From Nitrosarchaeum sp. (lineage in GTDB: Archaea > Thermoproteota > Nitrososphaeria > Nitrososphaerales > Nitrosopumilaceae), in the NCBI GenBank assembly GCA_965223865.1, contig OZ245020.1, forward strand, positions 800,001 to 864,000: a DNA stretch of 64,000 nt, read 5' to 3'. Positions 32,686-42,103 of the stretch are shown piece by piece; positions within the stretch are counted from its first letter, which is position 1, and every line of letters starts with the position of its first letter. A program made the translations under genes and the position numbers. The notes under the pieces were generated by a model. It made no database searches. It saw nothing but the letters and a program-made list of their open reading frames with translations, and was not told where the DNA came from.

Positions 32686-33687
32686 CTAATTTCTTCTATC
32701 AATAACATCATTGATTGCTGGACCTGTTCCAATAATTGTTACAGGCGTGTTTAACTCCTGCTCAATATTTTTTATGAAAGATTTTGCATTTTCAGGAAGA
32801 TCATTGTAAGAGGTCATGCCTGCACATGTAGGAAATATTACATCTAACTTTGTTATTGAGATTTGTGTCGCACTGTTTAGCATAATTGCACGCCTAGCTA
32901 AATCAAAATCAAAATCTGCAGCCCGTCTCTGCCTCCCAGTAACAGTTCCAAATTCAGACCATCCTTTTTTTTCAGCTTCTTCAGAGGTGAGTTCTTTTTC
33001 TAAAGGACCAGTACCTACACGTGTTACATATGACTTAAAAACAACAATGACTTCATCTACTTTTTTTGGACCAAGGCCTATATCGGCACAAATACCTGAG
33101 GCCGTAACATCTTTTGAGGTAACAAATGGATATGTTCCATGCCACAAAGAAAGAAAAGTTCCTTGAGTACCTTCTACTAAAACATTCTCATTGTTTGATA
33201 TAGCAGAATTGATTTGTTCAGGAACATCTACAACTAGTGAAGATAAAGAATCAAAATCTTTAGCAAGTTTTAATATTCTCATGGCTCTATCAGCATTTGC
33301 AGGTCCAGTGCCAGAGCCAGTACTACCAATTTTTTCCTTCAAGTCACCCTTTGAATCACGAGATAAATGAGTCTCTTCAATAATTCCGCAGTGTTTGTCA
33401 ATAAATGAACGTCCTGATGCATCAAAATCTTGAATTTCTTTAAACAAAACATCGGGATTGATTACAACGCCTGGGCCAATCATCACCTTAGCACTCTTAT
33501 TTAGAAATCCACTTGGGAGCATTCTAACTTTGTATACTTTTTTGCCATCTCTAATGGTATGACCTGCATTTGGTCCGGCACCTCCACGAACAATAATTTT
33601 TGGATTATCTTTAATTGCCAGATATGAAATAATTTTACCTTTTCCTTCATCGCCAAAAAATCCGCCAACTATAACTGTAGAAGTCAT
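32686..33687 (-). CDS. purA: Adenylosuccinate synthetase
   Basis: GDEGKGK, NAGHT, EGTQG, GTVTGRQRR. Confidence 0.97.
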   Translation of the reverse strand: MTSTVIVGGFFGDEGKGKIISYLAIKDNPKIIVRGGAGPNAGHTIRDGKKVYKVRMLPSGFLNKSAKVMIGPGVVINPDVLFKEIQDFDASGRSFIDKHCGIIEETHLSRDSKGDLKEKIGSTGSGTGPANADRAMRILKLAKDFDSLSSLVVDVPEQINSAISNNENVLVEGTQGTFLSLWHGTYPFVTSKDVTASGICADIGLGPKKVDEVIVVFKSYVTRVGTGPLEKELTSEEAEKKGWSEFGTVTGRQRRAADFDFDLARRAIMLNSATQISITKLDVIFPTCAGMTSYNDLPENAKSFIKNIEQELNTPVTIIGTGPAINDVIDRRN

Positions 33688-33767
33688 AGTGTTGAGCTCA
33701 AATTTGGTTTATTTAAGCTAAAGTGTTGTCATATGTTTTAATATCCAACAAATAATGAAAGTGATCG

Positions 33768-34229
33768 TTGGCAGGTCCAAATTATGCAGGTAACATCATA
33801 GTAAACTTGGCGAATCTTCCAGATTTTTTAAGAAAACCAATTTTAAAAAAAAGAATGATGGAATTTTTTATGCTATCAGAACCAGAAAAAAAAGAAATTA
33901 TCAACAATGCTCTTGAAGCAGGACCAAAAATTCCATTTCCAAATTTTTCAAAACTTTTCAAGACATGGTTAGAAATTTTAACAACTTTAACAGAAGAGCA
34001 AAGGGAAGGACTCTTCTTTGCATATATTAGTGAAATAACACAGTCACCACAAAAATTGATCACATTTAATTTGGATGGGATTTTAGAAATTTATCTCACA
34101 TTAGATGAAGAGAAAAAAGAAATTCTTGCTAAAACAATTAAAAAAATTATCGATAGTTTAGAGAATGAAAGAAAAAGGAGGGTTTTACTTGTTATTCCAG
34201 AAAATGCTAAAAAACTTTTGAGCCTCTAA
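33768..34229 (+). CDS. Conserved hypothetical protein
   Basis: Intact helical ORF. Confidence 0.75.
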   Translation: MAGPNYAGNIIVNLANLPDFLRKPILKKRMMEFFMLSEPEKKEIINNALEAGPKIPFPNFSKLFKTWLEILTTLTEEQREGLFFAYISEITQSPQKLITFNLDGILEIYLTLDEEKKEILAKTIKKIIDSLENERKRRVLLVIPENAKKLLSL

Positions 34230-34504
34230 ACAATTGGTTCATCTGGTTTTCTATTGTCTTCATTTGAGTAATCTACAATATCTCCTTCAGGCGTAAGAAC
34301 TCCTGCAAATATTTTTTCATGTTTTTTTAAGAGCTTCCTATGATCTGGCATAGACATATCAAGTCTCATTTCATTCATAACCATTACTCGGTATTCCTTC
34401 CATTCAGCCCAGCATTTGTTACATACAGGGTACTTTTCTGCCATCATGTCTAGTTCTTCTGTATCAGAAATAGTATTCTTACATTTTGTGCAGGTACGAC
34501 TCAT
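34226..34504 (-). CDS. Fe(II)-trafficking YggX-like protein with added CxxC pairs
   Basis: CWAEW....MVMNE.RL...DHRKLL pattern. Confidence 0.75.
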   Translation of the reverse strand: MSRTCTKCKNTISDTEELDMMAEKYPVCNKCWAEWKEYRVMVMNEMRLDMSMPDHRKLLKKHEKIFAGVLTPEGDIVDYSNEDNRKPDEPIV

Positions 34505-34580
34505 AAAGAAACCAAATGGAAACTCCTTTTATTTTTTATTGAATGTAAAGTAATAATAAATATCATTAAGAAAGTAACAT

Positions 34581-34790
34581 GTGAAGATCAAGTGTCCCAA
34601 ATGTAGTGAAAATGCAGAATTAGCCATGGATTTTTCTTTTGTTAAATGCGATAAATGTGATTTAGATATGAGTTATGGAGAATATGTAAAATTTGTTGCA
34701 CATAATGAAAAAACATACTCAGATATTCTAGGAGACTATGCAGGGAGTACAGAAGGTCAATCAGCAGGCTCTTTGGACGAATGGGATTAA
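34581..34790 (+). CDS. Small Zn-ribbon protein
   Basis: CPKC...CDKC. Confidence 0.75.
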   Translation: MKIKCPKCSENAELAMDFSFVKCDKCDLDMSYGEYVKFVAHNEKTYSDILGDYAGSTEGQSAGSLDEWD

Positions 34791-34850
34791 ACAAATTAGT
34801 AAAATCATCATCAGATTAAAATAATTAGTTAAACAAATTTCTAAACACCA

Positions 34851-35492
34851 TTGGAATTTTTATTAGAAAATATTCTTAACTTGGTAGGATTCTTAGTAGG
34901 ACTTACCATTGGAATAATGTCGTTAATTGGATTTAGAAATACAGGAAGTCCTACTTTATTTAGATTAACAATCGCTTTTTTTTCAATTAGTATTGGTTTC
35001 TTTGTAATTTGGGCAGGATATACCGTAGAGGATTTTATAATAAAATCAGGAAGTTTAGAAAGATGGATTCAAACGGTAGGAATCGGAATTCAAACGGTAG
35101 GATATTTTTTTATTGCATTTTCACACAGTATAAAATCATTTTTTCCAAAATCAAGATACTTTAGGTCGGTTGGCATATTCCCATTATTCCTAGTATCATC
35201 AGTACAAATAGAACATATTTTCCGATCAGTATCATTTATTCTATTAGCATATGGGGCAATTGAAACAATGCTTTCATATTTTGAAAATAAAAACAAAGGA
35301 GCCATATCTGTTGCCATAGGATTAGCTCTTTTAGCTCTTGGAGAATTTTTGGGATGGTATGCATTTGTATTTCCTGAATCCATTCTATATTCAGGATCCA
35401 TGATAATCAAAATAGGAGGTTTAATTGCGTTGTTTATTCCAGTCAGTAAAGTACCATTAACTAAAATAAAATTTGATGAAGATTTCAAATGA
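34851..35492 (+). CDS. Multi-pass membrane protein
   Basis: About 6-7 hydrophobic helices. Confidence 0.75.
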   Translation: MEFLLENILNLVGFLVGLTIGIMSLIGFRNTGSPTLFRLTIAFFSISIGFFVIWAGYTVEDFIIKSGSLERWIQTVGIGIQTVGYFFIAFSHSIKSFFPKSRYFRSVGIFPLFLVSSVQIEHIFRSVSFILLAYGAIETMLSYFENKNKGAISVAIGLALLALGEFLGWYAFVFPESILYSGSMIIKIGGLIALFIPVSKVPLTKIKFDEDFK

Positions 35493-35613
35493 TTGCAAGT
35501 ATAGGCTCAGATTTTGAAGGAAATTATAATTTGTCAAATTCTTTTATCTTTTTAGTATATTGCAAAATATCAACCCACTCTCATAGAAATTATAAAAAAT
35601 AACTTGCAGAAAA

Positions 35614-35901
35614 ATGGTAGAGTATAGAACGCATATGAAAATCATTGGAGACATTCTATCAACCACAAGAGATGATCTCCAGGATGAAGATGGGGCAACA
35701 GTAACATATCTGATTAGAAAAGCAAATATTTCACATTCAAGAATTTCTAGAATTCTAAAGACATTAGTATCACAAGGACTTTTGGAGCAGGTGGAATTAC
35801 AAGGTTCTAGCAAATATAAAATCAGTCAATCAGGCAGAGAATTTTTACAAGCATATTATACATTTAGTTCTTTTGCAAACACATTTGGATTAACTATATA
35901 A
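35614..35901 (+). CDS. Winged-helix transcription regulator
   Basis: YRT.M.I..DIL, KANISHSRI, YKISQSGREFL; paralog of 42773. Confidence 0.85.
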   Translation: MVEYRTHMKIIGDILSTTRDDLQDEDGATVTYLIRKANISHSRISRILKTLVSQGLLEQVELQGSSKYKISQSGREFLQAYYTFSSFANTFGLTI

Positions 35902-35984
35902 TCCACTATTTCCTCAAATTCATCTAGTTCATCATCAAAATCATCTTCAAAATCAGTATCTTCATAATCAGAGGGTTCAGACAT
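35856..35984 (-). CDS. Hyper-acidic microprotein (42 aa)
   Basis: MSEPSDYEDTDFEDDFDDELDEFEEI...; TTTTAAA about 30 nt upstream. Confidence 0.4.
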   Translation of the reverse strand: MSEPSDYEDTDFEDDFDDELDEFEEIVDYIVNPNVFAKELNV

Positions 35985-36060
35985 ATCTATTAAAGTGAAT
36001 TTTATCAAGTTTAAAACTTATTCAAAGGTAAATGAATAATTAAAGAAAAAAACAGAAGAG

Positions 36061-36660
36061 ATGTTGAAAGTTAATTGTGATAAAAAAGGGATTAGAAAAG
36101 CCACTAGCATAGTAAAAAAAGGAGGAATTATTGTTTTTCCAACAGACACAGTATATGGGATTGGTTGTGACCCTTATAACGAAAATGCAATTAAAAAAAT
36201 TTACAAAATAAAATTAAGAGAAAAGACAAAAGCCCTTCCTGTTTTGGTTTATTCAAAAGAAACAGCTTCAAAAATTGTAAATTTTGATAAACAATCAGAA
36301 AAATTAGCTGAAAAATTTTGGCCTGGTCCATTAACGTTGATATTAAATTTAACAGATGATAAATTAAAAAAATCTCTAAATCTTGATAAGAAAATTGCTC
36401 TTAGGAGTCCTAACAATAATTGTGCATTAAAACTGTTAAAGAAATGCAATCTCTTGATTGGAACAAGTGCAAATATTTCTGGACAAAAGTCAATTACAGA
36501 TCTATTGGATTGTCATCAAAACATTGAGGGTTTTGATCTTTTTTTGGATGGAGGAAAGATTTCAGGGATTCCATCAACCATTGTAGAAATTATTAATGGA
36601 CAGATAAAAATTCAAAGAGAAGGAACGTTAACAAAAGAGGAGATCATGAAAGTTCTTTGA
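36061..36660 (+). CDS. sua5: Threonylcarbamoyl-AMP synthase (Sua5/YrdC)
   Basis: PTDTVYG, FWPGPLT, TSANISG, PSTIV. Confidence 0.93.
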   Translation: MLKVNCDKKGIRKATSIVKKGGIIVFPTDTVYGIGCDPYNENAIKKIYKIKLREKTKALPVLVYSKETASKIVNFDKQSEKLAEKFWPGPLTLILNLTDDKLKKSLNLDKKIALRSPNNNCALKLLKKCNLLIGTSANISGQKSITDLLDCHQNIEGFDLFLDGGKISGIPSTIVEIINGQIKIQREGTLTKEEIMKVL

Positions 36661-37178
36661 ATTTGATTATTACTTGTGCAAGACACCTGGAGCCTGAAAC
36701 AAAGCAGGAGATAAGGAGCATCTTAGAGGAATTAGGAGATTTAGAACCAGATATCACCATTACAAGAATGTCGGGAATATTAACTGTAAATACGATAATT
36801 GAACCTACAGAAGTGGTAAAACAAATCAAAAATATGATAATAGATGAACCATGGTCAATCAGATATTGTTTAAGAATAATACCTATTCAAAAAATTACAG
36901 AATCTAAAATTGAAAGCATAGAAAAACAAATAGTAGATATGTCAAATTTAATTTTAGAAAATGAATCGTATAGAATTTCAATAGAAAAAAGGAATTCACA
37001 AATCTCAAGTCAAAAACTTATCGCAAAAATTGCCAAAAATATCAGAAATAAGGTTTCATTAGAGTTTCCAGATAAAATAATTCTCATAGAAATTTTAGGT
37101 AATCAAACAGGATTAGCTATTCTTAAAAAATCAGACATCTTGAGTGTGGAAAAAACGAAACGAAGTATATCAGAGTAA
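36657..37178 (+). CDS. THUMP-domain RNA-binding protein
   Basis: YRISIEKR, KVSLEFPD..ILIEI. Confidence 0.85.
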   Translation: MNLIITCARHLEPETKQEIRSILEELGDLEPDITITRMSGILTVNTIIEPTEVVKQIKNMIIDEPWSIRYCLRIIPIQKITESKIESIEKQIVDMSNLILENESYRISIEKRNSQISSQKLIAKIAKNIRNKVSLEFPDKIILIEILGNQTGLAILKKSDILSVEKTKRSISE

Positions 37179-37943
37179 AACAGTAGCTTTTTCAACAAGT
37201 AAATCTTCTAAAGAATTTTTTGATAATACGCTATCAAGTTGTTTTTTATTAATTTTAAATTGTTTTTTTAGAAATGAGTAGTTATTTTTTGAAAACGTAG
37301 CAATAGAGTAAGAAAGTAGTTTAGTTTTTAGAAGATCTAATTGTTTTTTTTCACCAATTGTAATGAGAAGGAAATTGTTATTTGGTTTAATGCCAGCAGT
37401 GAATATAGCCTCAGAAATTTGTAAAGTTAAAGCAAATCTCATTAGAATATCTGTTTCTAATTTGTTTGAAAGTAAAATGTTATTTTTTTGAGATGAAAAC
37501 GATAAAGAAAGAATCTTTTTTACATGAGATTTATTTAATATAAAATTGCTATCTATTGCTTGAATTTTTAATTTAGGAAAATCTTTTCTAAGATTGTCAA
37601 GAAAATTTACATCAAGATTTTTTTGGCCTTTAATTTCAAGAATTTGGATTGTTTTTTTAGAAATTTTAAACAGAATTCTTTTTGATGAGCCCCCATGAAT
37701 TACAGGGATAATGCTTACAATATCATTATTTTTCAGTAAAGTCATTTTTCCTTCCAAAGCCGATGAATCAACCCCATTGACTGCAATCAAAATGTTGTTA
37801 ATATCTAAATTCAAAGTATTTTCGGGTTTAAGAGAAAGAAGAATTTCAAGAAAATCATTAATAGAAATATCAGATTTATCTATTTCAAGATGATCAGTTG
37901 AAAAGGATTTTTTTGCTCCGCCTAAGAATTTAACAGTAATCAT
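37170..37943 (-). CDS. cgi121: Ubiquitin-like MoaD/ThiS domain fused to KEOPS subunit Cgi121
   Basis: VKFLGG...VNG...IIPVIHGG followed by LETDILMRFA..QISEAI..G. Confidence 0.85.
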   Translation of the reverse strand: MITVKFLGGAKKSFSTDHLEIDKSDISINDFLEILLSLKPENTLNLDINNILIAVNGVDSSALEGKMTLLKNNDIVSIIPVIHGGSSKRILFKISKKTIQILEIKGQKNLDVNFLDNLRKDFPKLKIQAIDSNFILNKSHVKKILSLSFSSQKNNILLSNKLETDILMRFALTLQISEAIFTAGIKPNNNFLLITIGEKKQLDLLKTKLLSYSIATFSKNNYSFLKKQFKINKKQLDSVLSKNSLEDLLVEKATVLL

Positions 37944-37968
37944 TTAAGATGATTTGGAAGATCAGGAT

Positions 37969-38322
37969 TTATTTCTTAATTATTTTGCTTTCTTCAACAG
38001 ATTCTGTTTCGGGGGATGCTTCAGAAACCTCAACTTCTACATTTTGAGGCATATCAACAGCATCAATGTTTTCTTCTTGAATAGGCTCTGTTTCAGCGTT
38101 AGTCTCAGTTTGGATAGTTGATCTTTGTGCTTGTTTTATTTTTTCTTCATAAATTTGTTTTTTGATGAATTTTGTAATATATCCTGCAACTTCATTTTTC
38201 AATCCCTTCGAGCGAATAATTGTGATCTGATCTAGGACTTTTTTGTTATCAGCAAAATCTTCACCAAATTTCGATTGGTGCTCATCTAATACTTCATAAG
38301 AAAGACGCTTGATTCTATCCAC
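37969..38322 (-). CDS. rps17e: 30S ribosomal protein S17e with acidic tail
   Basis: DFADNKK, SKGLKNEVAGYIT. Confidence 0.93.
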   Translation of the reverse strand: MDRIKRLSYEVLDEHQSKFGEDFADNKKVLDQITIIRSKGLKNEVAGYITKFIKKQIYEEKIKQAQRSTIQTETNAETEPIQEENIDAVDMPQNVEVEVSEASPETESVEESKIIKK

Positions 38323-38353
38323 TCCTCGTTTAATGAACTAGGGTTTTTTATAC

Positions 38354-39118
38354 CTATATTCCAAGGTAGTTTTTGGAGTTTGTTTCAAGTAGCAAAGACA
38401 TATCATCAAAGGTTTTTCCAAGAATTTTTGCCGCGCAAAAAATAACACTAGGGATAAAGCCTACCTGAGCTGATTTCATTTCAAAGCATCTTGAGAATCT
38501 AACAGGACCATCTGTTTCCACAAGGATTTTGGATTCGTGAGTTTTTGATAACAAGGTTTGTTTATCATTTGCATAAACCATGACGGGCCCATAAGATACA
38601 AAAAAATTCATGTCCATGGCTTTTTGAAGTTGCTTTTTGCTTCCATCAAACCAATGAAGTAAGGCGTGTTTGGTGTTATATGAGGTCATTATTTGAAGAA
38701 TGTTATCAAGACTTTTTCTTGAATGAATTGAAATTGGTTTTTGGTATTTTTCAGCTAATGAGAGAAGAGTTTCAAAAACTTGAACTTGTCTCTTTGAGTC
38801 AAATTCAGATTGGGCATAAGTTGGGTCTAATCCAATTTCACCAACACCATTAATTGATTTATAATTTTTATTAATTAATTCTACCATTAATTCTAAATCA
38901 TCATTGGCATATTCAGGATGAATTCCAATAAAAGGTAAAACTAATTCAGTAGATTTTGCAATCGTCAATGTTCTTTTTGCATCATCATTATTCATTGCGA
39001 CACAACATGCTTTCAGTTTAATTTTTTCCATTCCTGATAAAATGTAATCCAAATCATCATAATAAGACGGATCGGATAAGTGGACATGAGAATCATAATA
39101 CCAAGTCATTTTTATCAT
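38354..39118 (-). CDS. tatD: TatD family hydrolase
   Basis: DSHVH, GIHP, GEIGLD, HSR, ETDGP. Confidence 0.92.
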   Translation of the reverse strand: MIKMTWYYDSHVHLSDPSYYDDLDYILSGMEKIKLKACCVAMNNDDAKRTLTIAKSTELVLPFIGIHPEYANDDLELMVELINKNYKSINGVGEIGLDPTYAQSEFDSKRQVQVFETLLSLAEKYQKPISIHSRKSLDNILQIMTSYNTKHALLHWFDGSKKQLQKAMDMNFFVSYGPVMVYANDKQTLLSKTHESKILVETDGPVRFSRCFEMKSAQVGFIPSVIFCAAKILGKTFDDMSLLLETNSKNYLGI

Positions 39119-39203
39119 ATGTGAGACTAGTCTGTATAAATCGATTTCTTGGTGATATTTTTTTACTCACAATCTTTTATCATTATCATTAAAAAGAAAA
39201 TTA

Positions 39204-39425
39204 ATGAAGTCATCTGAGTTAGGTCTTTCTGCAATGTATAGGATTTTGAAAAAAGCAGGAGCTTCAAGAGTAAGTGATGAATCAGCAGACGAACTCAGAA
39301 GAATTATAGAAGAATTAGCTGAGGGTATTGCGAAAAGTGCAGTGGAAATGGCTTCACATGCTGGAAGAAAAACAATCAAAGGAGACGACATCAAACTTGC
39401 CTCAAAACCATTTACAAAATTCTGA
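39204..39425 (+). CDS. Archaeal histone
   Basis: RILKKAGASRVS...HAGRKTIKGDDI histone fold. Confidence 0.95.
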   Translation: MKSSELGLSAMYRILKKAGASRVSDESADELRRIIEELAEGIAKSAVEMASHAGRKTIKGDDIKLASKPFTKF

Positions 39426-39464
39426 TCTAAAGAGTTTAATTGTTCATTTTGTGTTTTTCAAAAC

Positions 39465-39536
39465 GGTACTCTGGCAGAACGGTTATGCGTGGGCCTGCAA
39501 AGCCTATACAAGGGGGTTCGACTCCCTCGGGTACCT
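39465..39536 (+). tRNA. tRNA-Cys(GCA)
   Basis: Acceptor GGTACTC/GGGTACC, anticodon loop CT-GCA-AA, GTTCGACT T loop, U73. Confidence 0.93.
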
Positions 39537-39950
39537 TTATTCAACTATAACTTGTCCGTCCATCCAAGGATGTAAAGTACAATAGTAATCATAAAGTCCA
39601 GTTTTTTCAAAAGTAAATGAAAATGACTGGTAGGGATCTAGGTAACCACTATCAAAAAGTTCTGTTGGAGAATCATATAATCCAGAAGTTACGCTGTGAA
39701 ATGCAGAGTCCTCATTTAGCCAAGTAACAGAATCTCCTTTATTGATCACAATTTTTGATGGAATATAACAAACATCGGTTTCCTCACATCCAGGACGAGA
39801 AACTTTTGTTGGCATGATAACATCAGCTGTGACTGACATATTTTCAGGTTCATTTTCCTCTTTGATTGAATTTTCAGTGGGAGTAGAAAATGCCATAATT
39901 AGAATTGCTGCAACAATTGCTGAACTAATGGATATTATTATTTTCTTCAA
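39537..39950 (-). CDS. Plastocyanin/azurin-like blue copper protein
   Basis: HSVTSG, YYCTLHPWM; N-terminal anchor. Confidence 0.93.
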   Translation of the reverse strand: MKKIIISISSAIVAAILIMAFSTPTENSIKEENEPENMSVTADVIMPTKVSRPGCEETDVCYIPSKIVINKGDSVTWLNEDSAFHSVTSGLYDSPTELFDSGYLDPYQSFSFTFEKTGLYDYYCTLHPWMDGQVIVE

Positions 39951-40025
39951 ATCACATCACATGTAAGATCTAGTTATTATGTAATTACCAAATTCTCTAA
40001 ATATATAGCATATTAGAAAACCTGA

Positions 40026-41777
40026 ATGACACAAAATGGTAATGGGTTATTAGAATATATTCCAGGTTCACAGACTTTGTTAGTTCAAAAAAATTCTAGT
40101 CCTCCTCTAGAAGGATTTTCAGAAAATATTAGAGGAAGTATTAAGGAATATGCAGAAAATTCAAAAAGTGAAGTAGAGAAGGGAAATAACTTTCTTCAAT
40201 GGGTTTTAACAAGAGTGTTTGAGGCTACTGAAGATGATGCTGCAGATGCAATTATTGATGGTGCAAATGATCTAGGAATTGATGCCTATCTTCCTGTAGA
40301 TTTTTCTGATAATACAATTCGCTTATTTCAATCAAAATATGGAACATCCCATTCTATTGAAGCAATAGCTAAATTCAAAGAAGACGCAAAACGTCTTCTA
40401 GGAAAAGATGTTACTAAAATGAGACCAGAGATTGCTCAACTTGTTACTAAAATTAAAGAAAAGAATTTGAAGATAAAATGTTGCTATGTAACTGATCAAA
40501 AAGTCGAGTATGAAGATGACTTGATTGAGGTAATTGATGTTGAAAAAATTATTCAAAAATTATGGGACAGGATTAAAAAACCTGCTGCAGGTAAAAAATC
40601 ATCAATAAAATTAGAGAGAATGCTCAGACATGAGAATACAATTTTAGGAATTTTAAAATTAAGAGAACTGACAGAATTCGTAAGTAAAAACAGAGATTAT
40701 GTTTTTGAATCAAATATCAGACAATGGATGCAATTTAAGACTACAGTAAATAAAGGACTAAGAGAAACCCTCCAAACAGATCCTGAGAAATTTTTCTATT
40801 ATAATAATGGGATTACAATAGTAGTAAGTGATTTTGAAGAATTGGGAGGCAACATGATAAAACTATATGCACCACAAATTGTTAATGGCGCACAAACATC
40901 AAATTCGATTCTTGATCATTCTAAGCGAACAAAAAACATGGATGGCTCAATGACAGTTACAATCATAAAAGCAGATGATGAACAGGAACAAAACAACATT
41001 ACAAAATACAGAAATTCTCAAAATTCTGTAAGAGGAAAAGATCTTGTTTCATTAATGGATTTTCATAAATCAATAAAATCTCAACTAAAAAACTGCGGAT
41101 ATTTTTACGAAATTCAAGCTGGTTCCTTTGACACAAAATCTAAATCTAAACAATGTGAATATGAGGGAGATTCTACATACAACAACTATTTACCCGATAA
41201 CCACAAAAAAGTAATTGTTGCAAAAGACGCAATTCAAGTACTTGTTGCAGGAATAGAACAGAGACCTACAGAAGCATATAGTTCTCCAGCTCAGTTTCTT
41301 CCAAGAGGTAGTAAATATGATGACATTTTTAATGACAATCTCAAAGACGATTACAGAATATTGTTTTATCCATATCTTGTCAAAGAATATGCAAAAAAGA
41401 TTCTAAAATATGGAAAACAAGGAGGGCATAAAACGAAAAGATATGCAACCTTATTTTATGTAGCTGTGTATTTTAGGATTCTTCATAAGAAAATCCTCGA
41501 AACAAGAGGAGATTTGAAGGTAGACATACGGAAATTAGAGCCCATATTTCGTAGTTTTAAGCTAAACTCTAGAATTTTAAAATTAACAGACATTATTGTG
41601 ACTAAATTTTTGGAAGATACTGTAGTAGATGATGAAATAGAATTAGCAAATACAAAACATAATTTCTTTTCACAGCACGTATGGAATGATACTATGCTAA
41701 GAGTAGTTGATAAAAAAATAAGACAAGAAGAAGATGAAATTTTAGCCCTAAAAAAACTAGTTAGTAATTTACTTTAA
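40026..41777 (+). CDS. AIPR family protein
   Basis: D.GIDA..FQSKY nuclease-like N-terminus; FESNIR, FFYYNNGIT, QIVNGAQT, NSQN. Confidence 0.9.
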   Translation: MTQNGNGLLEYIPGSQTLLVQKNSSPPLEGFSENIRGSIKEYAENSKSEVEKGNNFLQWVLTRVFEATEDDAADAIIDGANDLGIDAYLPVDFSDNTIRLFQSKYGTSHSIEAIAKFKEDAKRLLGKDVTKMRPEIAQLVTKIKEKNLKIKCCYVTDQKVEYEDDLIEVIDVEKIIQKLWDRIKKPAAGKKSSIKLERMLRHENTILGILKLRELTEFVSKNRDYVFESNIRQWMQFKTTVNKGLRETLQTDPEKFFYYNNGITIVVSDFEELGGNMIKLYAPQIVNGAQTSNSILDHSKRTKNMDGSMTVTIIKADDEQEQNNITKYRNSQNSVRGKDLVSLMDFHKSIKSQLKNCGYFYEIQAGSFDTKSKSKQCEYEGDSTYNNYLPDNHKKVIVAKDAIQVLVAGIEQRPTEAYSSPAQFLPRGSKYDDIFNDNLKDDYRILFYPYLVKEYAKKILKYGKQGGHKTKRYATLFYVAVYFRILHKKILETRGDLKVDIRKLEPIFRSFKLNSRILKLTDIIVTKFLEDTVVDDEIELANTKHNFFSQHVWNDTMLRVVDKKIRQEEDEILALKKLVSNLL

Positions 41778-41787
41778 GTTTTAAAAT

Positions 41788-41848
41788 AGGCAGCAGCCTA
41801 ACCAAGTAAAAATTTGCAGGAGGTTTACATTGGCCAGACTAGCTACCT
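41788..41848 (-). ncRNA. Candidate hairpin small RNA
   Basis: 23-bp stem with 4 G-U pairs that form only on the minus strand; TTAAATAA about 25 nt upstream; U-tract downstream. Confidence 0.5.
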
Positions 41849-41937
41849 AAATTTCCTATAAACCAGTATTATTTAACATGATTTTTTCTGATACGCCTAG
41901 AATGTTTTTTATATAGATTGAAAAGAACAAAAGCACT

Positions 41938-42102
41938 TTGGGTTTGAAAGAAAAATGTTCAATTTGTAGTGAAAAAATTGAATTGCAATTTAACCCAATG
42001 CAAGAATGGAAAATTAAAGGGCCTCTTTGTGGAAACTGTTATTCAAAAAAACTAGATGAGTATTATCCAGGAGATCATATCAGAGTTAACAAAGAAAATT
42101 GA
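41938..42102 (+). CDS. Small Zn-finger protein (54 aa, absent from ORF track)
   Basis: MGLKEKCSICSEKI...PMQEWKIKGPLCGNCYSKKL; TATA-like element upstream. Confidence 0.8.
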   Translation: MGLKEKCSICSEKIELQFNPMQEWKIKGPLCGNCYSKKLDEYYPGDHIRVNKEN

Positions 42103-42103
42103 G

